A DNA stretch of 64,000 nt, from NCBI RefSeq assembly GCF_009914755.1, contig NC_060945.1. The stretch is one strand, 5' to 3'. The notes under the pieces were generated by a model. That model did no database searches. It saw only the letters and a program-made list of their open reading frames with translations, and was not told the DNA's origin. The DNA is from the human T2T-CHM13v2.0 reference genome, Homo sapiens. A program made the position numbers and the translations under genes. Shown one piece after another: positions 1 through 16,590 of this stretch (the stretch's first letter is position 1; each line of letters begins with the position of its first letter).

Positions 1-3000
1 GAAACAGTCTTTTTGTAGAATCTGCAAATGGATGTTTGGAGCACTTTGAGGCCTATGGTAAAAAAGGAAATATCACATAAATATTAGAAGGAAGCATTCT
101 GAGAAACTTCTTTGTGATGTTTGCATCCATCTCACACAGTTGAACATTTGTTTGATTGAAGATTTGGACACAGTCTTTTTGTAAAATCTACAAAGGGATA
201 ATTGTGAACCCTTTGAGACCTATGGTGAAGTAGGAAATATCTTCATATAAAAACTACACAGAAACATTCTGAGAAACTTTTTTTGTGATGGGTGCATTCA
301 TCTCACAGAGTTGAAGCTTTCTTTTGCTAGAGCAGTTTGGAAACAGTCTTATTGTAGAATCCCCAAAGGGATATTTCTGAGCCCATTGAGGCCTTTGGTG
401 ATATAGGAAATACCTTCACATGAAAGCTAGACAGAAGATTTCTGAGAAACTTCTTTTCAATGAGTGCTTTCATCTCAAAGAGTTGAGCATTTCTTTTGAC
501 TGAGGAGTTTGGAAACACTCTTTTTGCAGAATCTGCAAATGGATAATTGGAGTGTTTTGAGGCCTATGGTGAAAAAGGAAATATCTTCACATAACAACTA
601 AACAGAAGTTTTCTGAGAAACTACTTTGTTACGCATGCATTCATCTCACAGAGTTGAAACTTTCTTTTGATTGAGCCGTTTGTAAACAGTCTTTTTGTAT
701 AATCTGCAAATGGATATTTAGAGCGCTTTGAGGCCTATAGTGAAAAAGGAAATATCTTCACAAAAAAAGTAGAAAGAAACACTCTGAGAAACTTCTTGGT
801 GATATGTGCTTTCATCTCACAGAGTCGAACCTTTCTTTTCATTGAGCAGTTTGGAAACAGACTTTTTATAGAATCTGGAAATGCATATTTGGAGCGCTTT
901 GAGGCCTATGGTGAAAAAGGAAATATCTTCAGATAAACACTAAACAGAAGATTTCTGAGAAACTTCTTTGTGATGCGTGCATTCATATCACAGAGCTGAA
1001 ACTTTCTTTTGATTTAGCAGTTTGTAAACAGTCTTTTGGTAAAATCTGCAAATGGATACTTTGAGTGCTTTGAGGCCTATGGTGAAAAAGGAAATATCTT
1101 CACAAAAAAACTAGAAAGATACATTCTGAGAAATTTCTTTGTGATGTGTGCTTTCAACTCACAGAGTTGAAACTTTCTTTTCACTGAGCAATTTGGAAAC
1201 AGTCTTTTTGTGGAATCTGCAAAAAATATTTTTAAGCCCTTTAAGGCCCATGGTGAAACAGAAAATATCCTCACAAAAAAACTAGACAGAAGCTTTCTGA
1301 GAAACTTCTTTGTGATGTGTGCTTTCAACTCACGGAGTTATACCTTTCTTTTGATTGAGCAGTTTGGAAACAGTCTTTTTGTGGAATCAGCAAATGGATG
1401 TTGGAGTGCTTTGAGGCCTATGGTGAAAAAGGAAATACCTTCACATAAAAAATAGATGGAAGCATTGTGAGAAACATCTCTGTGATGTGTGCATTCATCT
1501 CATAGAGTTGAACCTTTCTTTGATTGAGCAGCTTGGAAACAGTCTTTTTGTGGAATCAGCAAATGGATGTTTGGAGTGCTTTGAAGCCCATGGTGAAAAA
1601 GGAAATACCTTCACATAAAAAATAGACAGAAGCATTGTGAGAAACATCTCTGCAGTGTGTGCATTCATCTCATAGTGTTGAACCTTTGTTTGATTAAGCA
1701 GCTTGGAAACAGTCCTTTTGTAGACTCTGCAAAGGGATATTTCTGAGCCCATTGAAGCCTAGGGTGGAAAAGAAATGTCTTCACATAAAAACTAGACAGA
1801 AGCATTCTGATAAACTTTTTTGTGATGTGTCCATTCATCTTACAGAGTTAAAACTTTCTTTGGATTGAGCAGTTTGGAAACAGTCTTTTTGTGGAATCTG
1901 CAAAAAATATTTTTGAGCCCTATATGACTGAAGGTGAAATAGGAAATATCTTCACAAAAAAACTAGACAGAAGCATTCTGAGAAACTTCTTTGTGACGTG
2001 TGCTTCCGTGTCACAGAGTTGAACCTTCCTTTTGATTGAGCAGTTTGGAAACACTCTTTTTGTAGAATCTGCAAATGGGTATTTGGAGTGCTTTGAGGCC
2101 TATGGTCAAAAAAGAAATACCTTCACATAAAAACTAGACAGATGCATTCTGTGAAACTTCTTTGTGATGTGTGCATTCATCTCACAGAGTTGAATCTTTC
2201 TTTGGATTCAGCAGTTTTCTAAACAGTCCTTTTGTAGAATCTGCAAAGGGATATTTCTGAGCCCATTGAAGGCTATGGTGAAAAAGGAAATATCTTCAAA
2301 TAAAAACAAAACAGAAGCTTTCTGAGAAGCTTCCTGTGATGTGTGCATTCATCTCATAGAGTTTAATCTTTCTTTTGATTGAGCAGTTTAGAAACAGTCT
2401 TTTTGTAAAATGAGCAAAAGGATATTTCTGAGCCATTTGAGGCCGATGGTGAAAAAGAAATATCTTCACATCAAAACTAGACAGAAGCATTCTGAGAAAC
2501 TTGTTTCTGATGTGTGCATTCATCTCACAGGGTTGAACCTTTCTTTTTTTTGAGCAGTTTGGAGTCTTTTTTTTTTTGAATATGCAAATGGATATTTGTG
2601 AGCGCTTTACAGCCTATGGTGAAATAGGAAATATCTTCACATAAAAATAAGACAGAATCTTTCTGAGAAAATGCTTTGAGATGTGTGCTTTCATCTCACA
2701 GAGATGAACTTTTCTTTTGATCAAGCAGCTTGGAAACATTCTTTTTGTAGAATCCGCAAATGGATATTTGCAGCACTTTTAGGCCTATGGTGAAAAAGGA
2801 AATATCTTCACAAAAAAGCTAAAAAGAAGCTTTCTGAGAAACTTCTTTGTGATGTGTGGATTTATATCACAGAGCTGATCCTTTCTTTTGATTGAGCAGA
2901 TTGGAAACCATCTTTTTGTACAACCTGCAACGGGATATTTCTGAGCCGTTTGATGCCTATGGGGAAAAAGAATTATCTTCACATGAAAACTAGACAGAAT

Positions 3001-6000
3001 CATTCTGAGAAATTTCCTTGTGATGTGTGCCTTCATGTCGCAGAGTTGAACCTTTCTTTTCTTGGAGCAGTTTGGAAACAGTCTTTTTGTAGTATCTGCA
3101 GAGGGATATTTGTGAACAGTTAAAGGCCTATGGTGAAAAATAAAATATCTTCACATAAAAACTATACAGAAGCATTCCGAGAAACTTAGTTTTTTTGTGT
3201 GCATTCATCTGACAGAGATGAATCTTTCTTTTCTTTGAGCAGTCTATAAACAGTCTTTTTATACAATGTGCAAAGGGATATTTCTGAGCGGTTTGAGGCC
3301 TATGGTGAAAAAGTAATATCTTCACATAAAAACTAGACAGAAGCATTCTGAGAAACTTCTATTTTATGTGTGCATTCACCTCACAGAGTTGAAACTTTCT
3401 TTTCATTGAGCAGTTTGGAAAGAGTCTTTTTGTAGAATTTTCAAAGGGATATTTGTGATTCCTTTGAGGCCTGTGGTGAAATAGGAAATATCCTCAAATA
3501 AAAAGACAGAAGCTTTCCAAGAAACTTCTTTTTGATGTGTGCTTTCATCTCACAGAGTTGAGCCTTTCTTTTGATTGAGAAGTTTGGAAACAGTCTTTTT
3601 GTGGAATCTGCAAATGGATGTTTGGAGTGCTTTGAGGCCTATGGTGAAAAAGTAAATATCTTCACATAAAAACTAGATGGAAGCATTCTGAGAAACTTCT
3701 TTGTGATGTGTGCATTCATCTCATGTTGTTGAGCCTATCTTTTGATATAGCAGATTGGAAACAGTACTTTTGTTGTATCTGCAGAGGGATATTTGTGAGC
3801 AGTTTGAGGCCTATGGTGAAAAAGTAAATACCTTCACATAAAAACTAGACAGAAGCATTCTGGGAAACTTCTCTGTGATGTGCGCATTCAACTCACAGAG
3901 GTGAACCTTTCTTTAGATTGAGAAGCTTGGAAACAGTCCTTTTTTAGAATCTGCAAAGGGATATTTCTGAGCCCATTGAGGCCAAGGGTGAAAAAGAAAT
4001 ATCTTCACATAAAAACTGGACAGATGCATTCTGATAAACTTCTTTGTGATGTGTCCATTCATCTCACAGATTTGAACCTTTCTTTGGATTGAGCAGTTTG
4101 GAAAAAGTCTTTTTGTAGTATTTGCAAAAAATATTTGTGAGCCCTTTATGGCCTATGGTGAAAAAGGAAATATCTTCACATAAAAACTACACAGAAGCTT
4201 TCTGAGAAACTACTTTGTGATGTGTGCTTTCATCTCACAGAGATGAACCTATCTTTTGAAAGAGCAGTTTGGAAACACTCTTTTTGTAGAGGCTGTAAAT
4301 GGGCATTTGGAAAATTTTGAGGCCTATGGTGAAAAAGGAAATATCCTCAAATGAAAACCAGACAGAAGCATTCTGAGAAACTTCTTTGTGATGTGTGTAT
4401 TCATCTCACAGAGATGAACATTTCTTTGGATGCAGCAGTTTGGAAACAGTCTTTTTGTAGTATCTGCAGAGGAATATTCATGAGCAGTTTAAGGCCTATG
4501 GTTAAAAAGAATATATCTTCACATAAAAAGCTGACAGATCCATTGTGAGAAACTTGTTTATGATGTGTGCATTCATCTCACAGGGTTGAAACTTTCTTTA
4601 GATTGAGCAGTTTAATAAACAGGCCTTTCATAGAATCTGCAAAGGGATATTTCTGAGCCCATTGAGGCCTATGGTGAAAAAGGAAATATCTTCACATGAA
4701 AGCAAAACAGAAGCTTTCTGAGAAACTTCTTTGTGATATGTGCATGCATCTCACAGTGTTGAACTTTTCTTTTGATAGAGCAGTTTGGAAACAGTCTTTT
4801 TGTACAATCTGCAAAGGGATATTTCTGAGCCATTTGAGGCCTATTGTGATAGAGAAATATCTTCACATAAAACCTATACAAAAGCATTCTGAGAAACTTC
4901 TTTGTAATGTGTGCATTCATCACACAGAGTTGAACTTCTCTTTTGATTGAGCAGTTTGGAAGCAGTCTTTTTGTAGAATATGCAAAAGGATATTTGTGAG
5001 CCCTTTCAGGCCTATGGTGAAATAAGGAATATCTTCACAAAGAAAACTAAACAGAAGATTTCTGAGAAACTTCTTTGTGATGTGTGCTTTCATCTCACAA
5101 AGTTGAACTTTTCTTTTGATTGAGAAGTTTGGAAACAGTCTTTTTGTAGAATCTGAAGATGGATATTTGCAGCATTTTAGGCCTATAGTGAACAGGAAAT
5201 ATCTTCACATAAAAACTAGACAGAAGCATTCTGAGAAACTTCTTTGTGATGTCTGCATTCACATCACAGAGCTGAAACTTTCCTTGGATTGAGAAGTTTG
5301 GAAAGAGTACTTTTGTAGAATCTGTAAAGGGATATTTCTGAGCCAATTGGGGCCTATGGTGAAATAGGAAATGTCTTTACATAAAAACAAGGCAGAAGCT
5401 TTCTGAAAAACTACTTCATGCTGTGTGCATTCACCTCACAGAGTTGAACCTCTCTTTTGATTGAGCAGTTTGGAAACACTCTTTTTGTAGAACTTGCAAA
5501 TGGATATTTGGAGTGCTTTGAGGCCTATGGTGTAAAAGGAAATATCTGCATATAAAAACTAGACAGAAACTTTCTGAGAAACTTCTTTGTGATGCATGCT
5601 TTCATCTCACAGATTTGGACCTTGCTTTTCATTGAGCAATTTGGCAACAATTCATTTTGTAGAATCTGCAAAGGGATATTTGTGACTGGTTTGAGGCCTA
5701 TGGTGAAAAAGTAAATATCTTCACCTAAAACCCAGATAGAAGCATTTTCAGAAAACTCTTGGGATGTTTGCATTCATCTCACTGAGTTGAACCTTTCTGT
5801 TTATTGAGCAGTGTGGAAGCATACTTTTTGTGCAATCTGCAAAGGAATATTTGTTTACGGTTTGAGACCTATGGTGAAAAAGTAATATCTTCACATAAAA
5901 AGTTGACAGAAGCATTCTGAGAAACTAATTTTTTATGTGTGCATTGATCTCAAAGAGTTGAACCTTTCTTTTGATGAAGCAGTTTGGAAACAGTTTTTTG

Positions 6001-9000
6001 AAGAATCTGAAAAGGGATATTTGTGATCCCTTTGAGGCCTAAGGTGAAATAGGGAATATCTTCGCATAAAAACTAGACAGAAACTTTCTGAGAAACTTCT
6101 TTGTGATGTGGGCTTTCATCTCACAGATTTGAAACTTCATTTTGATTGAGCAGTTTGGAAAGACTCTTTTTGTAGTATCTGCAGAGGGCTATTAGTGAGC
6201 AGACTGAGGCCTATAGTGAAAAAGGAAATGGCTTCTCAAAAAAACTAGACAGAAGCATTCTGAGAGACTTCTTTGTAATGTGCGCATTCATCTTATAGAG
6301 TTAAACCATTCTTTTGATTGAGCTTTTTGGAAACACTCTTTTTGTGGCATCTGTAAGGGTAAACTTCTGAGCCCATTGAGACCTATTTTGAAATATGAAA
6401 TATCTTCAAATAAAAACTAGATAGAAAGTTTCTAAGAAACTCCTTTGTGATGTGTGCTTTCATCTCACAGAGTTAAAACTTTATTTTGATTCAGCAGTTT
6501 GGAAACACTTTTTTTATAGAATCTGCAAGTGGATATTTGGAGCTCTTTGAGGCCCATGGTGAAAAAGGAAATATCTTCACATATAAACTAAACAGAAGTT
6601 TTCTGAGAAACTTCTTTGTGATGTGTGCATTTATCTCACAGAGCTGTACTGTTCTTTTGATTGAGCAATTTGGAAACAGTTTTTTTGTAAAATCTGCAAA
6701 TGGATATTTGGAGCGCTTTGAGGTGTATGGTGAAAAATGAAACTTCTTCACATAAAACTAGACAAAAGCATTCTGAGAAACTTATTTGTGATGTGTGCTT
6801 TCGTCACACAAAGTTTAACCTTTCTTTTCATTGAGCAGTTTGCAAACAGTCTTTTTGTAGAATCTGCAAAGGGATATTTGTTAGTGGTTTGAGGCCTATG
6901 GAAAAAGGAAATACCTTCACATAAAAACCAGAGAGAAGCTTTTTGAGAAACCTCTTTGTGATATTTGCATTCATCACACTGAGTCAAATCTTCCTTTTCT
7001 TTGAGCAGTTTGGAAACAGTTTTTTGTACAATCTGTAAAGGGATATTTCTGAGCAGTTTTAGGCCTATGGTGAAAAAGAAATATCTTCACATAAAAATTA
7101 GACAGAAGCATTCTGGGAAACTTCTTTGTGATATACGCATCCAACCCACAGAGTTGAACCTTTCATTTCATTGAGTAGTTCAGAAACAGACGTTTCATAG
7201 AATCTGCAAAGGGATATTTCTGAGCCCTTTGAGGCCTATGGTGAAATAGGAAATATCTTCACATAAAAACTAGACAGAAGCTTTCTGAGAAACTTCTTTG
7301 TGATGCGTGCTTTCATCTCACAGGGTTGAACTTTTTTTTTATTCAGCAGTTTGGAAACAGTCCTTTTGTAGAATCTGCAAAGGGATACTTCTGAGCCCTT
7401 TGAGTACTATAGTGAAATAGGAAATATCTTCACATAATAACTAGACAGAAGCATTCTGAGAAACTTCTTTGTGATGTATGCTTTCATTTCACAGAGTTGA
7501 ACCTTTCCTTTGATTGAGCAGTTTGGAAACACTCTTTTTGTAGAATCTGTAAACAGATATTTGGAGTGCTTTGAGGCATAAGGTGAAAAAGGAAGTATCT
7601 GCACATAAAAACTAGACAGAAACTTTCTGAGAAACTTCTTTGTGATGCGTGCTTTCATCTCACAGATTTGAACCTTTCTTTCATTGAACAGTTTGTGAAC
7701 AAGTCATTTTGTAGAATCTGCAAAGGTATATTTGTGAGCGGTTTGAGGCCTATGGTGAAAAACTAAATATCTTCACATAAAAACCAGACAGAAACTTTTT
7801 GAGATATCTTTGTGATATTTGCATTCATCTCAAAGAGTTGAACCTCTCTCTTCATTGAGGAGTTTGGAGACATTCTTTTTGTGCAATCTGCAAAGGAATA
7901 TTTCTGAGTGGTTTGAGGCCTATGGTGAAAAAGAAATAACTTCACATAAAAACTTGACAGAAGCATTCTGAGAAACTTCTTTTTTATCTGTGCATTCACC
8001 TCACAGAGTTGAACCTTTCTTTTCATTGAGCAGTTTGGAAGCAGTCTTTTTGTAGAATCTGCAAAGGGATATTTGTGATCCCCTTGAGTTCTATGGTGAA
8101 ATAGGAAATATATTCACATAAATACTAGACAGAAGCTTTCTGAGAAACTTCTTTGTGATGTGTGCTTTCATCCTACAGAGTTGAACCTTTCTTTTGGTTG
8201 ATAACTTTGGAAACAGTATTTTTGAAGAATCTACAAACGGATATTTGGAGAGATTTGAGGCCTACACTTAAAAAGGAAATATATGCATATAAAAACAAGA
8301 CAGAAGCATTTTGAGAAACTTCTTTGTGATGTGCACTTTCATTTCACAGAGTTGAATCTTTCTTTTGAATGAGCAGCTTGGAAACAGTCTTTTTGTACAA
8401 TCTGCAAAGGTATATTTCTGAGCCATTTGAGGCTTATGGTGAAAACGAAATATCTGCACATAAAAACTTGACAGAAGCATTCTGAGAAACTTCTTTGTGA
8501 TATGTCCATTCATGTCACAGAGTTGAACCTTTCTTTTGATTGAGCAGTTTGGAAGCAGTCCTTTTGTAGAATCTGCAAGGGATACTTGTGAGCCCTTTAT
8601 GGCCTGTGGTGAAATATGAAATATCTTCACATAAAAACTAGACAGAAGATTTCTGAGAAAATTCTTTCTGATGTGTGCTTTCATCTCACAGTGTTGAACC
8701 TTTCTTTTGATTGAGCAGTTTGGAAAGTCTGTTTGTCGAATCTGCAAATGGATATTTGGAACTATTTGAGGCCCATGGTGAAAAAGAAAGTATCTTCACA
8801 TAAAAACTAGACAGAAGATTTCTGAGAAACTTCTTTGTGTTGTGTAAATTCATGTCACAGAATTCAACCTTTCTTTCGATTGAGCAGTTTGGAAACAGTA
8901 TTTTGTAGAAGCTGCAAAGGGAAATTTCTTAGCCGTTTGAGTCCTATAGTGAAAAAGAAATATCTTCACATAAAAACTAGACAGAAGCTTTCTAAGAAAC

Positions 9001-12000
9001 TTCTTTGTGATGTGTCCATTCATCTCACAGAGTTAAACCTTTCTTTTGATTGAGGAGTTTGGAAAATGTCTTTTCTTAGAATCTACAAAGGGATATTTGT
9101 GAGCCCTTTATGGCCTATGTTGAAATATGAAATATCTTCACATAAAAACTAGACAGAAGCTTTCTGAGAAACTCCTCTGTGTTGTGCACGTTTGTATCAC
9201 AGAGTTGAACCTTTCATTTGATTGAGCAGTTTGGAAACAGTCTTTTTGTAGAATCTGCAAATGTATATTTGGAGTGTTTTAAGGCCTATAGTGAAAAAGG
9301 AAATATCTTCACATAAAAACTACACAGTAGCTTTTTGAGAAAACTCTTTGTGACATTTCCATTCATATCTAAGAGTTGACCATTTCTTTTCAGTGAGCAG
9401 TTTGGAAACAGTTTTTTTGTAGAAACTGCAAGGGGATATTTCTGAGCAGTTTGAGGCCAATGGTGAAAAATAAATATCTTCACATGAAAACTAGACAAAA
9501 GCATTTTCAGAAACTTCTTTGTGATGTGTGCATTCATCTCACAGAGTTGAACGTTTCTTTTGATTGAGCAATTTGTAGAAAGTCTCTTGGTAGTATAAGT
9601 GGAGTTATATTTGTGAGCGGTTTAAGGCCTATGGTGCAAAAGGAAATACCTTCACATAAAAAGTAGACAGAAGCTTTCTGAGAAACTTCTTTGTGATGTG
9701 TGCTTTCGTCTCACAGAGTTGATCCTTTCTTTTGATTCACCAGTTTGGAAACATTCTTTTTTGTAGAATCTGCAAATGGATATTTGGAGTGATTTGAGGC
9801 CTATGGTGAAAAAGGAAATATCTTCACATAAAAACTAGACAGAAGAATTCTGAGAAACTTCTTTGTGATGAGTCCATTCATCTCACAGAGTTGAAACATT
9901 CTTTGATGGACCAGTTTGGAAACAGTCTTTTTATAGTATCTGCAGAGGGATATTTTTGAGCGGTTTAAAGACTATGGTGAAAAAGGAAATATCTTCACAT
10001 AATAACTAGACAGAAGCATTCTGAGAAACTTCTTTGTGATGTGTGCATTCATCTTACAATGTTGAACGTTTCTTTTGATTGAGCAGTTTGGAAACAGAAC
10101 TTTTGTAGAATCTGCAAAGGGATATTTGTGAGCCCATTGATTCCTATGGTGAAATAGAAATTATCTTGAAATAAAAACTAGGCAGAAGATTTCTGAGAAA
10201 CTTCTTTGTGATGTGTGCTTTCATCTCACAGAGTTGAAAATGTCTTTTGATTGAGCAGTTTGGAAACAGTCTTTTTGTATAATCTGCAAATGGATATTTG
10301 GAGCACTTTGTGGCCTAAGGTGAAAATGGAAATATCTTCACATAAAAACTAGATAGAAGAATTCTGAGAAACTTCTTTGTGATGTGTGCATTCATCTCAG
10401 AGAGGTGAACTTTTCTTTTGATGGAGCAGTTTGGAAACAGTATTTTTTTAGTATCTGCAGAAGGATATTTGTGAGCAGTTTAAGGCCTATGGTGAAAAAG
10501 GAAATATCTTCACATAAAAACTAGACAGAAGCTTTCTGAGAAACTTCTTTCTGATGTGTGTATTCATCTCACAGTGTTGAAACTTTATTTTGTTTGAGAA
10601 GTTTAGAAACAGTCTTTTTCTGCAATCTGCAAAGGTATATTTCTGAGCCATTTGAGGTCTATGGTGAAAAAGAAATAACTTCACATTTAAACTAGACAGA
10701 AGAATTCTGAGGAACTTCTTTGTGATGTCTCCATTCATTTGACAGAGTTGAATGTTTCTTTTAATTCAGAAGTTCAGCAACCATATTTTTGTAGAATCTG
10801 CAAAGATATATTTGTGAGACATTTGAAGCCTATAGTGAAATAGTAAATATCTTCACATAAAAACTAGACAAAAGAATTCTGAGAAACTTCATTCTAATGT
10901 GTGCATTCACCTCACAGAATTTAACCTTTCTTTTGATTGAGCAGTATGGAAATGGTCCTCTTTTAGAATCTGCAAAGGGATATTTCTTAGCCCTTTTAGG
11001 CCTATGGTGAAACTGGAAATATCTTCACATGAAAACCAGACTGAAGCTTTCTGAGAAACTTCTATGAGATGTGTGCTTTCATCTCACAGAGTTAAACCTT
11101 TCTTTTGATTCAGCAGTTTGGAAACACTCTTTTTGTGAACTCTGTAAATGGATATTAAGGGTGCTTTGAGGCCATTGGTGACAAAGGAAATATCTTCACA
11201 TAAAAACCAAACAGAAGTTTTCTGAGAAACTACTCTTTTATGTGTCCATTAATCTAACAGAGTTGAAACTTTCTTTTTATTGAGCAGTTTGGATACGGTC
11301 TTTTTGTAGAATCTGCAAAAAATATTTGTGAGCCCTTTATTGCCTATGGTGAAGTAGGAATTTTCTTCACATATAAACTAGACAGAAGCATTCTGAGAAA
11401 CTTCTTTGTGATGTGTGCATTAATCTCACAGAGTTGAAACTTTCTTTGGATTGAGCAGTTTGGAAACAGGCTTTTTGTAGAATCTGCAAAGGGATATTTC
11501 TGAGTCCATTGAGTACTATGGTGAAATGTGAAATATCTTCACATAAAAACTAGACAGAAGCTTTCTAAGAAACTTGTTTGTGATGTGTGCTTTCATCTCA
11601 CAGAATTGAAACTTTCTTTTGATTGAGGAGTATGGAAACACTCTTTTTCTAGAATCTGCAAATGGATATTTGGAACACTTTGACGTCCATTGTGAAAAAC
11701 AAAATATCTTCACATAAAAACTAAACAGAAGCTTTCTGAGAAACTTCCTTGTGATGTGTGCATTCATCTCACAGAGTTGAACCTTTCTTTTGATTGAGCA
11801 GGTTGGAAAGAGGCTTATTGTACAATCTGCAAAGGGATAATTCTGATCCGTTTGAGGCCTATGGTGAAAGAGAAATATCTTCACATAAAAACTAGACAGA
11901 GTCAGTCCGAGAAATTTCTTTGTGATGTGTCCATTCATCTCACAGAGTTGAAACTTTCTTTTGATTAAACAGTTTGGAAACTGTCTTTTTGTAGAACCTT

Positions 12001-12985
12001 CAAAGGGATATTTGTGAGCCCTTTATGGCGTCAGGTGAAATAGGAAATATCTTCACATACAAACTAGAGAGAAGCTATCTGAGTAACTTTTTTGTGATGT
12101 GTGCTTTCATCTCAGAGAGCTAAAAATTTGTTTTGATTGATCAGTTGGGAAACAGTCTTTTTGTAGAATCTGCAAACGGATATTTGGATTGCTTTGAGGC
12201 CTATGTTGAGAAAGGAAATATCTTCACATAAAAACAAGACAGAAGATTTCTGAGAAACTTCTTGTTATGTGTGCACTCATCTCACATGTTTGAACCTTTC
12301 TTTTGATTGAGCAGTTTGGAAACAGTATTTTTGTACAATCTACAAAGGGATATTTCTGAACGGTTTGATGCCTATGGTGAAAAAGAAATATCTTCACATA
12401 AAAACTAGACCGAAGCATTATGAGAAAGTAATTTATTATGTGTGCATTCATCTCACAGAGCTGAACCTTTCTTTTCATGGAGCAGTTCGAAAATTGTGTT
12501 TTTGTAGAGTCTGCAAAGGGATATTTGTGAGACCTTTGAGGCCTATGGTGATATAGGAAATATCTTCACAAAAAAAGTAGACAGAAGCATTATGAGAAAC
12601 TTCTCTGTGATGTGTGCTTTCTTCTCACAGAGTTGAATCTTTCTTTTAATTGAACAGTTTGGAAACTCTTTTTTTGTAGATTCTGCAAAAGGATATTTGG
12701 AGCACTTTGAGGCCTATGGTGAAAAAGGAAATATCTTCACTTAAAAACTAAACAGAAGCTTTCTGAAAAACTTCTTTGTGATGTGCATATTCATGTCACA
12801 GTGTTGAACCCTTGTTTTCATTGAGCAGTTTGAAAACCATCTTTTTGTACAATCTGCAAAGGGATATTTCTGAGCACTTTGAGGCCTAAGGTGAAAAACA
12901 AATATCTTAACATAAAAAGTAGACAGAGGCATTCTGAGAAACTTCTTTATCATGTATGCATTCTTCTCCCGGAGTTAAACCATTC
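1..12985 (+). repeat. Divergent monomeric alpha satellite, ancient-type layer with mixed 171/172-bp monomers
   Basis: Tandem ~171-bp units carrying (C/T)TTCTGAGAAACTTCTTTGTGATGTGTGC..CATCTCACAGAGTTGAAC..GGCCTATGGTGAAAAAGGAAATATCTTCACATAAAAACTAGACAGAAG. Two junction types occur: AAATGGATATTTGGAG and the one-base-longer AAAGGGATATTT(G/C)TGAG. No CENP-B box seen. Confidence 0.97.
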
Positions 12986-13477
12986 TTTTCTTTTTTTACT
13001 ATTATTATACTTTAAGTTTAGGGTACAAGTACACAATGTGCAGGTTACTTACAAATGAATACATGTGCCATGCTGGTGCGCTGCACCCACTAACTCGTCA
13101 TCTAACATTAGGTGTATCTCCCAATGTTATCCCTCCTCCCTCCCCTCACCCCACAACAGTCCCCAGAGTGTGATGTTCCCCTTCCTGTGTCCTTGTGTTT
13201 TCATTGTTAAATTCCCACCTATGAGTGAGAACATGTGGTGTTTGGTTTTCTGTCCTTGTGATAGTTTACTGAGAATGATGATTTCCAATGTCATCCATGT
13301 CCCCACAAAGGACATGAACTCATCATTTTTTATGGCTGCATTGTATTCCATGGTGTATATGTGCCACATTTTCTTAATCCAGTCTATCATTGTTGGACAT
13401 TGGGTTGCTTCCAAGTCTTTGCTATTGTGAATAGTGCCACAATAAAAATACGTGTGCATGTGTCTTTATAGCAGCAT
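12986..13477 (-). mobile_element. L1 (L1PA3-like) 3' end: poly(A), 3' UTR and ORF2 C-terminus; part 1 of a 5'-inverted element
   Basis: T-rich tail, then TATACTTTAAGTTTAGGGTAC..GCTGCACCCACTAACTCGTCATCT (reverse of the L1 3' UTR). Minus-strand translations [22 protein letters not shown] and [25 protein letters not shown] match the ORF2 C-terminus. Subfamily is an estimate from remembered diagnostic bases. Confidence 0.95.
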
Positions 13478-16590
<3,113 letters not shown>

